This document shows positions 52,466 to 62,116 of a stretch of 64,000 nucleotides of DNA, piece by piece (within the stretch, counting starts at the first letter, position 1; every line of letters starts with the position of its first letter). This stretch comes from an uncultured Gammaproteobacteria bacterium (GTDB taxonomy: Bacteria; Pseudomonadota; Gammaproteobacteria; GCA-001735895): positions 13,769-77,768 of the forward strand of contig CAWCBX010000072.1 in the NCBI GenBank assembly GCA_963793595.1, given 5' to 3'. The position numbers and the translations under genes are program-made. Under the pieces are notes generated by a model, which saw nothing but the letters and a program-made list of their open reading frames with translations, ran no database searches and was not told where the DNA came from.

Positions 52466-53501
52466 ATGAGGGCCGTCGTCCTTCATTCGGCAGGAGATCT
52501 TCGGGTCGAAGACCGCGCTGTTCCGTCGCTGCCGGAAGACCTCGTGCGGGTCCGCGTTGAAGCCGGTGGAATCTGCGGATCGGATTTGCATTATTACAGG
52601 CACGGCGGCTTCGGCGCGGTGCGTTTGCGCGAACCCATGATCCTCGGGCACGAAGTCGCAGGGGTCGTGATGTCGGCGCCGTCTGACAGCGATTTCCATC
52701 CGGGAGACAAGGTTGCCGTTTCCCCCAGCCGACCCTGTGGCAAATGCAACTTCTGCAAAAGAGATCTGAAAAACCACTGTGAAAACATGCGCTTTTATGG
52801 CAGCGCGATGCCGATGCCGCACATCCAGGGTGCTTTCCGCGATGAGCTCTGGGTGATGCCGGAGCAATGCCAACGCGTCGCGCCGGACCTGCCAATCGAA
52901 ATCGCCGCATTCGCCGAACCGCTGTCCGTCGTTTTGCATGGGGTGCGCCGCGCGGGGCCGGTCGAAGGCCGGCGTGTGCTGGTCACGGGATGCGGCCCGA
53001 TCGGTGCGCTTGCGCTGGTCGCGGCCCGCGCGGCAGGAGCCGATGAAGTGGTGATCACCGACGTGATCGACAACGTATTGGCCCTGGCTGGCGATCTGGG
53101 TGCGAACCGAACCATCAACGTGGCCGCCGATCCGAGTTGGAGTGACGCCTATGCCGAGGGCAAGGGCTATTTCGACGTTCTGGTCGAGGCGTCTGGCAAC
53201 GATGCGGCTCTGCGGTCCGGCCTGGCAGCATTGCGCCCTCGTGGCGTGGCGGTTCAGTTGGGTCTGGGCGGAGACATGTCTATCCCGATCAATACGATCG
53301 TGACGAAAGAGATCGATCTGCGCGGGTCGTTCCGGTTTCATGAGGAATTTGCCGACGCGGTCGAAGCACTCAATACCGGGAGGATCGACGTCGCGCCACT
53401 GCTGACGGCGCGCTACCCCGTGTCGAGACTCACGCGCCGCGTTCGATCACGCGGGCGACAGAAATAGAGCGATGAAAGTGCAATTGGATTTTTTGGCATG
53501 A
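52466..53501 (+). CDS. idnD: L-idonate 5-dehydrogenase-like Zn-dependent dehydrogenase (3' frameshift near 53425)
   Basis: GGICGSDLHYY, GHEVAG, CGKCNFC...C, GSAMPMPHIQGAF, GCGPIG; corrected end AMKVQLDFLA* overlaps the next ATG. Confidence 0.85.
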
Positions 53502-54241
53502 CTGGACGACTGAACGGAAAACGCGCCCTGGCAACGGCTGCAGGTCAGGGGATCGGGCGGGCGACGGCGCTGGCGATGGCCCGCGAAGGGGCACATGTAT
53601 TTGCCACCGACATCAACGCAGAGACGTTGGCATCGCTGGCAAGCGACGCTGAGGGCAAGCTGGAGACCTTCGAGATGGATGTTCGCGACGATGCCTCTAT
53701 CGCGGCCGGCGTGGCGCGCGCCGCACCCGATATCCTGTTCAACTGTGCCGGTTTCGTCCACAACGGCACCGTTCTCGAGGCCACGCAAGAGGAATGGGAC
53801 TTCGCGTTCGATCTCAACGTGACCTCGATGTTTCGCACGATCCGCGTAGCCTTGCCGGGTATGATCGAGCGGGGAACAGGCTCGATTGTCAACATGTCGT
53901 CGGCTGCGTCCTCGATCATCGGTGCGCCCAACCGGTTTGTCTACGGAACGACCAAGGCGGCGGTGATCGGGCTGACCAAGTCCGTGGCCGTCGACTACAT
54001 CACCCACGGCGTGCGCTGCAACGCGATCTGCCCCGGCACGGTCGAAAGCCCGTCGCTTCATGACCGCCTGCGGGCCACCGGCGACTACGAAGCAGCGATG
54101 AAGGCCTTTATCGCGCGACAACCGATGGGCCGGATCGGCACGCCGGAGGAGATCGCCGCGCTGGCCGTCTATCTCGCGTCTGACGAAAGTGCCTTCACCA
54201 CAGGACAGACACAAATCATTGACGGTGGCTGGTCGAACTGA
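53498..54241 (+). CDS. SDR oxidoreductase, 2-keto-3-deoxy-L-fuconate dehydrogenase/BDH2-like
   Basis: TAAGQGIG, NCAGFVHNG, YGTTK, CPGTVESPS, RQPMGRIG. Confidence 0.85.
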   Translation: MTGRLNGKRALATAAGQGIGRATALAMAREGAHVFATDINAETLASLASDAEGKLETFEMDVRDDASIAAGVARAAPDILFNCAGFVHNGTVLEATQEEWDFAFDLNVTSMFRTIRVALPGMIERGTGSIVNMSSAASSIIGAPNRFVYGTTKAAVIGLTKSVAVDYITHGVRCNAICPGTVESPSLHDRLRATGDYEAAMKAFIARQPMGRIGTPEEIAALAVYLASDESAFTTGQTQIIDGGWSN

Positions 54242-54265
54242 CCGCCCCACATTCAGGAAAAGAGC

Positions 54266-55171
54266 ATGACCAGGAAAATCGAATTGCGCTCGCAGAAGTG
54301 GTTCAATAATCCCGACAACCGGGAAATGACGTCGCTCTACCTCGAACGTTATCTGAACTACGGGCTGACACGCGAAGAGCTGCAATCGGGCAAGCCGATC
54401 ATTGGTATTGCCCAGACCGGCAGCGATCTCAGCCCTTGTAACCGCCATCACATCGAGCTGACCAAACGGGTGCGCGACGGGGTGATCTCGGCAGGTGGCA
54501 CGGTGATCGAGATCCCGGTTCATCCGATTCAGGAGACCGGCAAGCGCCCGACCGCGATGCTTGACAGGAACCTGGCCTATCTGAGCCTGGTCGAGACGCT
54601 TTTCGGCTATCCTATCGATGGGGTCGTGCTGAACATCGGTTGCGACAAGACCACACCCGCGTTGTTGATGGCGGCAGCGACGGTGAACATACCCGCGATT
54701 GCACTGAGCGTGGGACCCATGTTGAATGGGTGGTTCCGGGGCGAGCGGACGGGCTCCGGTACCATCGTCTGGAAGGCGCGCGAGCTTTTGGCGGCAGGCG
54801 AGATCGACGACGAAGGCTTCATGGAACTCGTCGCGTCTTCGGCCCCGTCGGTGGGTTACTGCAACACCATGGGGACCGCCACGACGATGAATTCGCTGGC
54901 CGAGGCTCTGGGCATGCAAATGCCCGGATCCGCCGCGATTCCGGCCCCTTATCGGGAACGCGGGCAGATCAGCTATGCCACGGGCCAACGGATAGTCGAA
55001 ATGGTGCGCGAGGATCTGCGGCCATCGGCGATCATGACCCGCGCGGCCTTTGAGAATGCCATTGTCATCAACTCAGCCATCGGCGGGTCCACCAACGCCC
55101 CGATCCATCTGAACGCAATCGCTCGCCATCTGGGCGTGCCGCTGGACAACGACGATTGGCAGGGCGATTAA
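54266..55171 (+). pseudogene. IlvD/Edd-family sugar-acid dehydratase (XylD/AraD-like), truncated at about half length
   Basis: [52 protein letters not shown], then stops at DDWQGD* (301 aa; family members are about 580-600 aa). Confidence 0.88.
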
Positions 55172-55682
55172 TGGTTAATGTTGCTGTTTTTTCGTTTTTA
55201 AGTTTCCTCTTGTTAATGCTTTTGCCATCCGGCATTAAATAGACGTATTTTTCCCGACAAATTCTTGATAACAGCCAGCCACGCCAATTTTTGCATTTTT
55301 AACCTGATCTGTTTTTTACGTATGTGATTATTACACCTTCCACAGCCATCAGTTTTTACGCCTCATATATCGCCATTTTACGTCGATATAGCAATCAATG
55401 GCAATGGTTTTGTTTCGTTAAGTTATATTGTTACCAGCAGCAGCCTGTAATGATGCCAGCGGCATCATTAAACAGAACCGCCACCCGTGGTGCACCGTTA
55501 AATCCATTGGCATCAGCGGCGATAATGGTGGCGATCATAAACAGCCAACTCAGAATCCGGGTTTGATGGTGCTCGCCATTCCCAGAATTTCCGGCTTCCT
55601 GGTTGTGTGGCTCTGGCGATCCAGACGCGATCTCGCGAGATGATCTGTTTCGGCGATTGACCGAAAATCTGCTAAAGCTTCG
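55161..55682. other. Junction/spacer between alphaproteobacterial and gammaproteobacterial DNA
   Basis: GC falls from 36/60 (54781-54840) to 23/60 (55201-55260); no recognisable gene; truncated genes on both sides. Confidence 0.8.
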
Positions 55683-55802
55683 GTCAATCTGGACGAAGAA
55701 GCAGCTGACCTGGTTCGTTATCAACAGGCTTACGAGGCGTCCGCCCGCCTGATCAGTACGGCGCAGACCATATTTGATACTTTACTGGATAGCTTAAGGT
55801 AG
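55644..55802 (+). pseudogene. flgK: C-terminal fragment of hook-associated protein FlgK
   Basis: VNLDEEAADLVRYQQAYEASARLISTAQTIFDTLL* from 55683; in-frame TGA at 55641 upstream; 2 nt before flgL. Confidence 0.85.
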
Positions 55803-55804
55803 CC

Positions 55805-57004
55805 ATGAGAATTTCGACTCGACAGATCTATACCCAGGGAGTAGAAGCCTTTCAACAGCAGCAGCAGAAGCTGGCAAAGTTGCAGGAGCAGATTTCGACT
55901 GGCGTGCGCCTGAACAAACCTTCCGATGATCCGGCGGCGTCGGCAAAGGTACTCGAGCTCGAACAAAGCGTATCGCTTAATTTACAGTACCAGTCGAATA
56001 TCAATCTGGCTGAACAGCGCCTGGAACAACAGGATGCGGTACTGGCCAGTTATGATAATTTGTTGATCCGCGTACGGGAACTGGCGATACAGGGGAATAA
56101 TGCCCCGCTGGATACGGTATCCCGCAATGCCATCGCGGTGGAGATCGACGAGCGACTCAACGAGTTGTTGTCGCTAGCGAATACCATCGATGCCAACGGT
56201 GACTATTTGTTTGCCGGCTATCAGAATGACAGTGCGCCTTTTACCAAATCGACAACCGGATCCAGAGATCATGTCAACTTTAATGGTGACGCCGGCGTCA
56301 GGGCTATTCAGATCAGCCAGGTCCGACAGCTGGAGGTCGATATCCCCGGACAGGCGATTTTCATGGAGATTCCATCTGCAACGGCCCTGCGGGAACTGGT
56401 GGCTGCGGGTAATACCGGCAGCGGCGTCATGGCGCCTGCCAGCGTCGTAGATATGTCTGCCTACGCAGCCGGTGACTACGAAATTCGTTTCAGCGCACCC
56501 GGGGTATACGATGTATTCGATGTTGCCGGGGGTGTTAACATCGTTACCGGTGCTACCTATACCGATAGTCAGAATATCGACTTTCAGGGCATCAGGACTT
56601 CGATTACCGGTGCGCCCGCCGCGGGTGATGTTTTTACCGTCAGTGCCGGCCAGTTTGAGGATGTCTTTTCGATCGTCGCCAATTTATCGGAAACCCTGAA
56701 ATCAGGCTCGACCGATGCCGTCAGGGCCGCAAATATCGGACAAGCGCTGGCTGATCTCGATGCTGCATTCGAAGCTTCGCTCAATGCGCGCACTCAAATT
56801 GGCGGTCGGCTGAATACACTGGAAAGCCAACGCGATGACAACGATGCACAGGTACTGCAGACCCGGTCTACACTGAGCACGCTGCGCGATACTGATCTTG
56901 CGCAAGCCATCAGCCAGTTAACCCTTGAACAGACAACGCTGGACGCTGCGCAGGCCGTATTTGCCCGTATTACCAGCTCTTCGTTATTCAATTTCCTCAA
57001 GTAG
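55805..57004 (+). CDS. flgL: Flagellar hook-filament junction protein FlgL
   Basis: MRISTRQI...ISTGVRLNKPSDDP, DANGDYLFAG, C-terminal LRDTDLAQAISQL...SLFNFL. Confidence 0.95.
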   Translation: MRISTRQIYTQGVEAFQQQQQKLAKLQEQISTGVRLNKPSDDPAASAKVLELEQSVSLNLQYQSNINLAEQRLEQQDAVLASYDNLLIRVRELAIQGNNAPLDTVSRNAIAVEIDERLNELLSLANTIDANGDYLFAGYQNDSAPFTKSTTGSRDHVNFNGDAGVRAIQISQVRQLEVDIPGQAIFMEIPSATALRELVAAGNTGSGVMAPASVVDMSAYAAGDYEIRFSAPGVYDVFDVAGGVNIVTGATYTDSQNIDFQGIRTSITGAPAAGDVFTVSAGQFEDVFSIVANLSETLKSGSTDAVRAANIGQALADLDAAFEASLNARTQIGGRLNTLESQRDDNDAQVLQTRSTLSTLRDTDLAQAISQLTLEQTTLDAAQAVFARITSSSLFNFLK

Positions 57005-57016
57005 TAAATATATTCC

Positions 57017-57043
57017 TAAAGTTTATTCTCTGCCGGCCGCTAA
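57017..57043 (+). promoter_or_regulatory. Sigma28 (FliA) promoter of fliC
   Basis: TAAAGTTT-N11-GCCGCTAA, one mismatch to TAAAGTTT-N11-GCCGATAA. Confidence 0.88.
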
Positions 57044-57130
57044 AGTCCCTGAGCGGGAAATACAGGCGGTTTCTGAGTTCCCGGTAAATTAATTTTGACG
57101 CTTGTTGAAGCGTGTATTTAGGAGAGAATA

Positions 57131-58504
57131 ATGCCTCAAATTATTAACACCAACATAGCGTCGTTAACGGCGCAGAGAAACCTCAACACTTCTCAGAGTA
57201 GCCTGGCCACGTCACTGCAACGCCTGTCGAGCGGTTTACGCATCAACAGCGCGAAAGACGATGCGGCGGGTCTTGCGATTTCAGAGCGCTTTACCACGCA
57301 GATTCGTGGTTTGAACCAGGCAATCAGAAATGCCAACGATGGTGTTTCGTTTGCGCAAACTGCTGAAGGCGCGTTGTCTACCTCGGGTGACGCGATGCAG
57401 CGTATTCGGGAACTCGCGGTACAATCGATCAACGACACCAACTCGTCTTCAGACCGTCAGGCACTGAATAACGAGGTGAGCCAGCTGATTGCAGAAGTCA
57501 ACCGCATCGCGAACTCAACCCAGTTCAACGGGCAAAACATCCTCGATGGTACTTCAAGTACTTTGACCTTCCAGGTCGGTGCGAACCAGGGTCAGGTTAT
57601 CCAGGTATCCGGTGTCGACTCGCGTACCTCTCAACTCGGTGCAAGGATTTCGACCAGTGGTTCAATCAGTGCCACTAACCTGGCATTGGCTGTAACAGCA
57701 AATGATCTGGTGATCAATGGTAACGCTGTCGATCTGACGGGTGACGTTACCATCAATGATGTGATCGGATCGATCAACCAGGTGGCTGCCGACTCCGGTG
57801 TTCAGGCGCTTAAAGCGACCAGCGTAGCGACAGCGGCAGCCGGTCTCAGTGCGGCGGCCGATGGTACCGCCTCGATCAACGGTGTAACCATATCGCTCAC
57901 AGCCACCGCTACCGGTGGATCTGGTGCCCTGAATATTGCAGCGATCAATGCCGTATCCAATCAAACCGGTGTTACTGCATCGGCTGGTACTGGTGAGGCG
58001 GTTGTACTGTCAAACTCTTCCGGTGCAGATATTGTGATCGCAGACGGAACCACCACCTTTGGTGGCGGTCCTGAGACCTTCTCCGCCGGTATTGTGCTTG
58101 CGGGTGCGGTAGCCGATGGTGCTTTTACAGCTGCGGGTACATTTGCGGTTGAAGCAGCGAGCACGGCGCTTGGTGGCGTACAGGCAGACAACACGCTGTC
58201 AGGTGTCGACGTTCTCACTGGTGCCACCGCCAACGATGCACTGTTAACGCTGGACTTTGCCTTGCAACAGGTTTCCGGACTGCGTGCAGAGCTGGGTGCG
58301 GTACAGACTCGATTCGAATCTACCATTTCGAATCTGAGTATCAATACCGAGAACCTGTCGGCTGCTCGTTCACGGATTCGTGATGCAGACTTTGCAGCCG
58401 AGACTGCCGAGTTGACGCGTAGCCAGATTCTGCAGCAGGCCGGTATTTCAATTCTGTCGCAGGCTAACGCCCAGCCACAGAATGTTCTGGCTTTACTTCA
58501 GTAA
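57131..58504 (+). CDS. fliC: Flagellin
   Basis: MPQIINTNIASLTAQRNL...RLSSGLRINSAKDDAAGL; RAELGAVQTRFE...SRIRDADFA...QANAQPQNVLALLQ. Confidence 0.98.
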   Translation: MPQIINTNIASLTAQRNLNTSQSSLATSLQRLSSGLRINSAKDDAAGLAISERFTTQIRGLNQAIRNANDGVSFAQTAEGALSTSGDAMQRIRELAVQSINDTNSSSDRQALNNEVSQLIAEVNRIANSTQFNGQNILDGTSSTLTFQVGANQGQVIQVSGVDSRTSQLGARISTSGSISATNLALAVTANDLVINGNAVDLTGDVTINDVIGSINQVAADSGVQALKATSVATAAAGLSAAADGTASINGVTISLTATATGGSGALNIAAINAVSNQTGVTASAGTGEAVVLSNSSGADIVIADGTTTFGGGPETFSAGIVLAGAVADGAFTAAGTFAVEAASTALGGVQADNTLSGVDVLTGATANDALLTLDFALQQVSGLRAELGAVQTRFESTISNLSINTENLSAARSRIRDADFAAETAELTRSQILQQAGISILSQANAQPQNVLALLQ

Positions 58505-58515
58505 CAGGTAGATAG

Positions 58516-58545
58516 AAGACTGGCATCGCCGATGCCAGTCTTTTT
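58516..58545 (+). terminator. Rho-independent terminator after fliC
   Basis: GACTGGCATC-GCC-GATGCCAGTC-TTTTT. Confidence 0.85.
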
Positions 58546-58563
58546 ATCAAGCGGAGATAAATT

Positions 58564-58977
58564 ATGGCTAACGAGATTTCAAGCATAGCATCCAACAGAA
58601 CCTCGAGCGGTGCTGCGAAAAACTCACGACAGGTCGCGAAGACTGACGTAGCCACATTGCCGGGAAAAGGTGGCGAAGTATTGCCATCCAGAGGCAAAGA
58701 GCTGCCTGAACAGGCTGCTGATACTGCCCGGATCAGTGAAGCTGTCACCAGGATCAATGAAATCGTGCAGAGCGTTCAGCGTGATTTATCGTTCAACCTG
58801 GATGAAGACAGCGGGAAAACCATTATCAGGGTCGTCGACTCGGGAAGTGGTGAACTGATTCGGCAGATACCCTCGGAAGAAGCGCTGGCAATAGCACTGC
58901 AACTTCGTGACTTACAGAAAGAAACAGTTAGCGAGGGCGAAATAGGCCAGGGTTTACTGTTTTCAGACAGGACCTGA
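58564..58977 (+). CDS. flaG: Flagellar protein FlaG
   Basis: RDLSFNLDEDSGKTIIRVVDSGSGELIRQIPSEE...GLLF. Confidence 0.93.
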   Translation: MANEISSIASNRTSSGAAKNSRQVAKTDVATLPGKGGEVLPSRGKELPEQAADTARISEAVTRINEIVQSVQRDLSFNLDEDSGKTIIRVVDSGSGELIRQIPSEEALAIALQLRDLQKETVSEGEIGQGLLFSDRT

Positions 58978-58983
58978 CAAAAT

Positions 58984-58999
58984 TGGTCTGTTTCTTGCT
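58984..58999 (+). promoter_or_regulatory. Putative sigma54 -24/-12 promoter upstream of fliD
   Basis: TGGTCTGTTTCTTGCT: GG-N10-GC spacing with a TTGC -12 element. Confidence 0.6.
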
Positions 59000-59019
59000 C
59001 ACTAATTGTAAAGCATGCG

Positions 59020-59057
59020 TGAGAAGGGGTTAGGTAATGCTACCCCTTCTCATTTTT
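59020..59057 (+). terminator. Terminator-like hairpin between flaG and fliD
   Basis: TGAGAAGGGGT-N11-ACCCCTTCTCA-TTTTT. Confidence 0.65.
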
Positions 59058-59122
59058 ACTTAAGTGAACGGGTCTCCTGACCTGAACCCTATTAGCTCAA
59101 ATACAGTAACAGGAAGAAGTCG

Positions 59123-61168
59123 ATGGCCGCAATCAGTTCACTTGGTGTTGGATCCGGACTGGATCTGAGTTCCCTGGTTTCGGGTTTGCTCGAAGCCGAA
59201 CGCGCACCAACCGCGAATCGCCTCGCCACCAAGGAGCAGAATTTCAGCACCGAACTGTCCGGCTTCGGACTTTTGCGCAGTTCACTATCCCAGTTTCAGT
59301 CCGGCCTTAGTGCATTGCAGTCTTCGGATGCGTTCAACGCGAAGGAAATTTCCCTATCCGATACAAACGTATTCTCGGCAAGTGCGGAGAATTCGGCGGA
59401 TGTCGGCAATTACTCGATCGAGGTGACGGCGCTGGCCAGGGCACAATCGCTCGCCACCAACGCGGCTACCGCGTTTACTACGGTAAACGACACCATCGGT
59501 AGCGGCACCCTGACGGTTCAATTTGGCACCACTTCGACGACGGGTCCCTATGCGTTCACTCCCGATTTGGCCAGTACCGCGCAAACCATCGAGGTCAATG
59601 CCACCAACAACAATACTACGCTTGCCGGTCTGCGTGATTACATCAACGATAATAACTATGGAATCCAGGCGTCGATAGTCAATGACGGCAACGGCTATCG
59701 CCTGTTACTGACGTCGGAAAATTCGGGCGCAGCCAACAGCATGGAAATCACCTCAAGCGGTGACGCTGATGGTAACGACAACGATAATGCCGGACTGTCG
59801 CAACTGGCGTTTAACGCTGCGGCACAAACCAGCCTGACGCAGACGGTTGCTGCGCAGGATGCCGCCTTGTCGATCAACGGGCTCGCTATTAGCAGCGCGA
59901 CCAACTCGATCGACGGCGCAATTAACGGAGTCACAATCGATTTACTGAAAGCCGACCCCGGTAATTTCGTTGCGGTAGGCGTAAAAGAAAATCGCAATGA
60001 AATAACAGCCGCCGTTACTAATTTTGTAACCGCCTACAATGAGCTTGAACAAAATATTGATGCCCTGACGAGCTACGATCCTGAGACCGGTACCGGCAGC
60101 GCGTTGAGCGGTGACTTTACCGTGCGCAGTATTAGCGCACAGATTCGTAATGTCATTTTTGGCAGCCTTTCGACCGTGAACAGTAATGTCAGGTCGCTGG
60201 TCGACGTCGGTATCACCACCAATTCAAGCGGTAGCCTGAAACTCGACAGCAGTAAGCTGGCAGACGCGTTGCTCGACTACCCGGATGAAGTCGAGGCGTT
60301 GTTCACGCTGGCGGGTAGCACAACCGACTCCGGTATAGGCTATGTTTCGGTAACTGCCGATACCCAACCCGGGGATTACCCGGTTAACGTGATTTCTGTG
60401 GAATCGCAGGGCGTCATAACCGGTACGGGACCGGTTACCGACCTCAGGGTCACGAACAACAGTAACAACATGACGCTTATCGTTGACGGGTTCTCGACCG
60501 GGAGTATTACCCTGACCAACGGGGATTATGCTGACGAGGATGCGTTGGCGAGCGAAATTCAGACGCAAATCAATGCGGCTAGTACACTGGTAACGAATGG
60601 TGTATCGGTTACGGTGAGCTATGACGTTGCCAGCGACCGTTTCGTCATTACATCGGATAGCAGTGGATCCGCTTCGACGGTGGAAATTACCGCAATCGAC
60701 CCCCAGACTGATAATCGATATGGTCTGACGGTTGGCAATGGTGTCGATGGTACCGATCTCGTCGCGTCCATTGATGGTGTAAACGCATCGGTCGATGAAC
60801 AGGTATTGACCAGTCTTTCGGGTGACAGTAAAGGTTTGTCGATAGAACTCCTTTCTGGCGGAGCAGGTAATAGAGGGACAGTCTCGATCTCGCGTGGACT
60901 GGCTGACACACTCGATAGCCTGTTGAGCAATTTTCTTGATTCAGACGGGTTTATTGCATCGCGGGAAGAGAGTATCAATGACGGTCTCGACGAAATCTTC
61001 GATGAACGGATCAGGCTCGACGATCGAATCTCAAGCCTCGAGGCCCGCCTGATACGCCAGTTTTCGGCGCTCGATGCGCTGGTCGCCCAGTTCAACCAGA
61101 CCAGTAGTTTCCTGACTCAGCAGCTGGCAAACCTGCCCAGGCCCAACTCGATCAATAACAATAATTAA
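59123..61168 (+). CDS. fliD: Flagellar filament cap FliD (large, 681 aa)
   Basis: ISSLGVGSGLDLSSLVSGLLEAER, FVTAYNEL, GSLKLDSSKL, RLIRQFSALDALVAQFNQT. Confidence 0.96.
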   Translation: MAAISSLGVGSGLDLSSLVSGLLEAERAPTANRLATKEQNFSTELSGFGLLRSSLSQFQSGLSALQSSDAFNAKEISLSDTNVFSASAENSADVGNYSIEVTALARAQSLATNAATAFTTVNDTIGSGTLTVQFGTTSTTGPYAFTPDLASTAQTIEVNATNNNTTLAGLRDYINDNNYGIQASIVNDGNGYRLLLTSENSGAANSMEITSSGDADGNDNDNAGLSQLAFNAAAQTSLTQTVAAQDAALSINGLAISSATNSIDGAINGVTIDLLKADPGNFVAVGVKENRNEITAAVTNFVTAYNELEQNIDALTSYDPETGTGSALSGDFTVRSISAQIRNVIFGSLSTVNSNVRSLVDVGITTNSSGSLKLDSSKLADALLDYPDEVEALFTLAGSTTDSGIGYVSVTADTQPGDYPVNVISVESQGVITGTGPVTDLRVTNNSNNMTLIVDGFSTGSITLTNGDYADEDALASEIQTQINAASTLVTNGVSVTVSYDVASDRFVITSDSSGSASTVEITAIDPQTDNRYGLTVGNGVDGTDLVASIDGVNASVDEQVLTSLSGDSKGLSIELLSGGAGNRGTVSISRGLADTLDSLLSNFLDSDGFIASREESINDGLDEIFDERIRLDDRISSLEARLIRQFSALDALVAQFNQTSSFLTQQLANLPRPNSINNNN

Positions 61169-61224
61169 TATCGATTTCCGGCTAAAGAAAATCGGGTACG
61201 AGACGATAACCTAGACTAGAAGCC

Positions 61225-61644
61225 ATGGAGATAGAGCCAATGACAAACCTAGCACTCAAAGCCGTCGACCAGTACCAGTCGGCAGATAACAGTTCGATTG
61301 AATACGCGGACCCCCATGAACTAATCCTGCGTCTTATGAATGGCGCCATCGAACGAATCGCCCAGGCCAAGGGTGCCATCCAGCACGGCACTGTGAAACA
61401 GAAGGGTGAATGTATCGGTAAGGCTATTTCTATCATCGGGGGCCTCGATGGCTGTCTTGACCATTCACATGCAGGCGACCTGTCAAACAACCTTTCGGCC
61501 CTGTATGAGTACATGATTATTTCTCTGACCCAGGCCAATATCAGCGATGATATAGCCAAGCTCAATGAAACCAGCGACCTTTTGTTGCAAATAAAGTCAG
61601 CCTGGGAGCAGATTCCCGAGTATGCCCGGTCTACCGGCGCCTAA
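61225..61644 (+). CDS. fliS: Flagellin chaperone FliS
   Basis: ADPHELILRLMNGAI, KAISIIGGL...LD, NLSALYEYM, IKSAWEQI. Confidence 0.93.
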   Translation: MEIEPMTNLALKAVDQYQSADNSSIEYADPHELILRLMNGAIERIAQAKGAIQHGTVKQKGECIGKAISIIGGLDGCLDHSHAGDLSNNLSALYEYMIISLTQANISDDIAKLNETSDLLLQIKSAWEQIPEYARSTGA

Positions 61645-61660
61645 CCTGGCCTTCTTTAAA

Positions 61661-61969
61661 ATGGACAAACAGCAAGCCCTTAACGCGGCGATCGACTTGA
61701 CTGATGAAATTCTCGAGCTGCTTGACAGCGGTGAATTTGAACGTGTCGGTGAGCTTGAGGTGAAGAGAAAATCATTTATAGAACAGGCGTTTGCGGCGTC
61801 TATCGAACAAATAGATTTAATTAGGGCACAACATTTGCAAAGCTTGAATCAGCAGGTTGTCGGCAAACTGGAATTGTTTAAACAATCGGTAATTATGCAG
61901 CAGAATCGTCTTAGAACCTCTTCCAAAGCCTCGCAGGCTTACCTGAGTAACGACTCGGTCCCCAAATAA
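61661..61969 (+). CDS. fliT: FliT-like FliD chaperone
   Basis: Helical 102-aa protein between fliS and fleQ (LLDSGEFERVGELEVKRK...KASQAY); assigned mainly by position. Confidence 0.6.
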   Translation: MDKQQALNAAIDLTDEILELLDSGEFERVGELEVKRKSFIEQAFAASIEQIDLIRAQHLQSLNQQVVGKLELFKQSVIMQQNRLRTSSKASQAYLSNDSVPK

Positions 61970-62020
61970 AATCGGCAAAGATCGATTAAAATATTTAATG
62001 TAATAAAGTCACTTTTTACC

Positions 62021-62083
62021 GCCGAAATATTGTCGTCTTGGACTAAAATCTAGGTTAAATTCCGAGGCCGTCAAAATACTGGC
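62021..62083. promoter_or_regulatory. Two 14-bp FleQ-box-like sites upstream of fleQ
   Basis: GCCGAAATATTGTC (62021-62034) and GTCAAAATACTGGC (62070-62083); a similar GTCATTTTTATGGC lies at 63534-63547 before fleS. Confidence 0.3.
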
Positions 62084-62116
62084 TGGCAATTAACTCAGAA
62101 GCGGGAGTGACAGCAG

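Noticed and set aside
53447-54988. 513-aa minus-strand ORF, and similar long antisense ORFs (e.g. 5810-6739, 18394-19494, 52394-53341)
   Set aside because: Antisense shadows of recognisable high-GC genes, with no motifs of their own.
55171-55178. Third ATGGTTAA (CtrA-like) octamer at the junction
   Set aside because: Lies in the AT-rich foreign spacer, not in an alphaproteobacterial promoter; likely chance.
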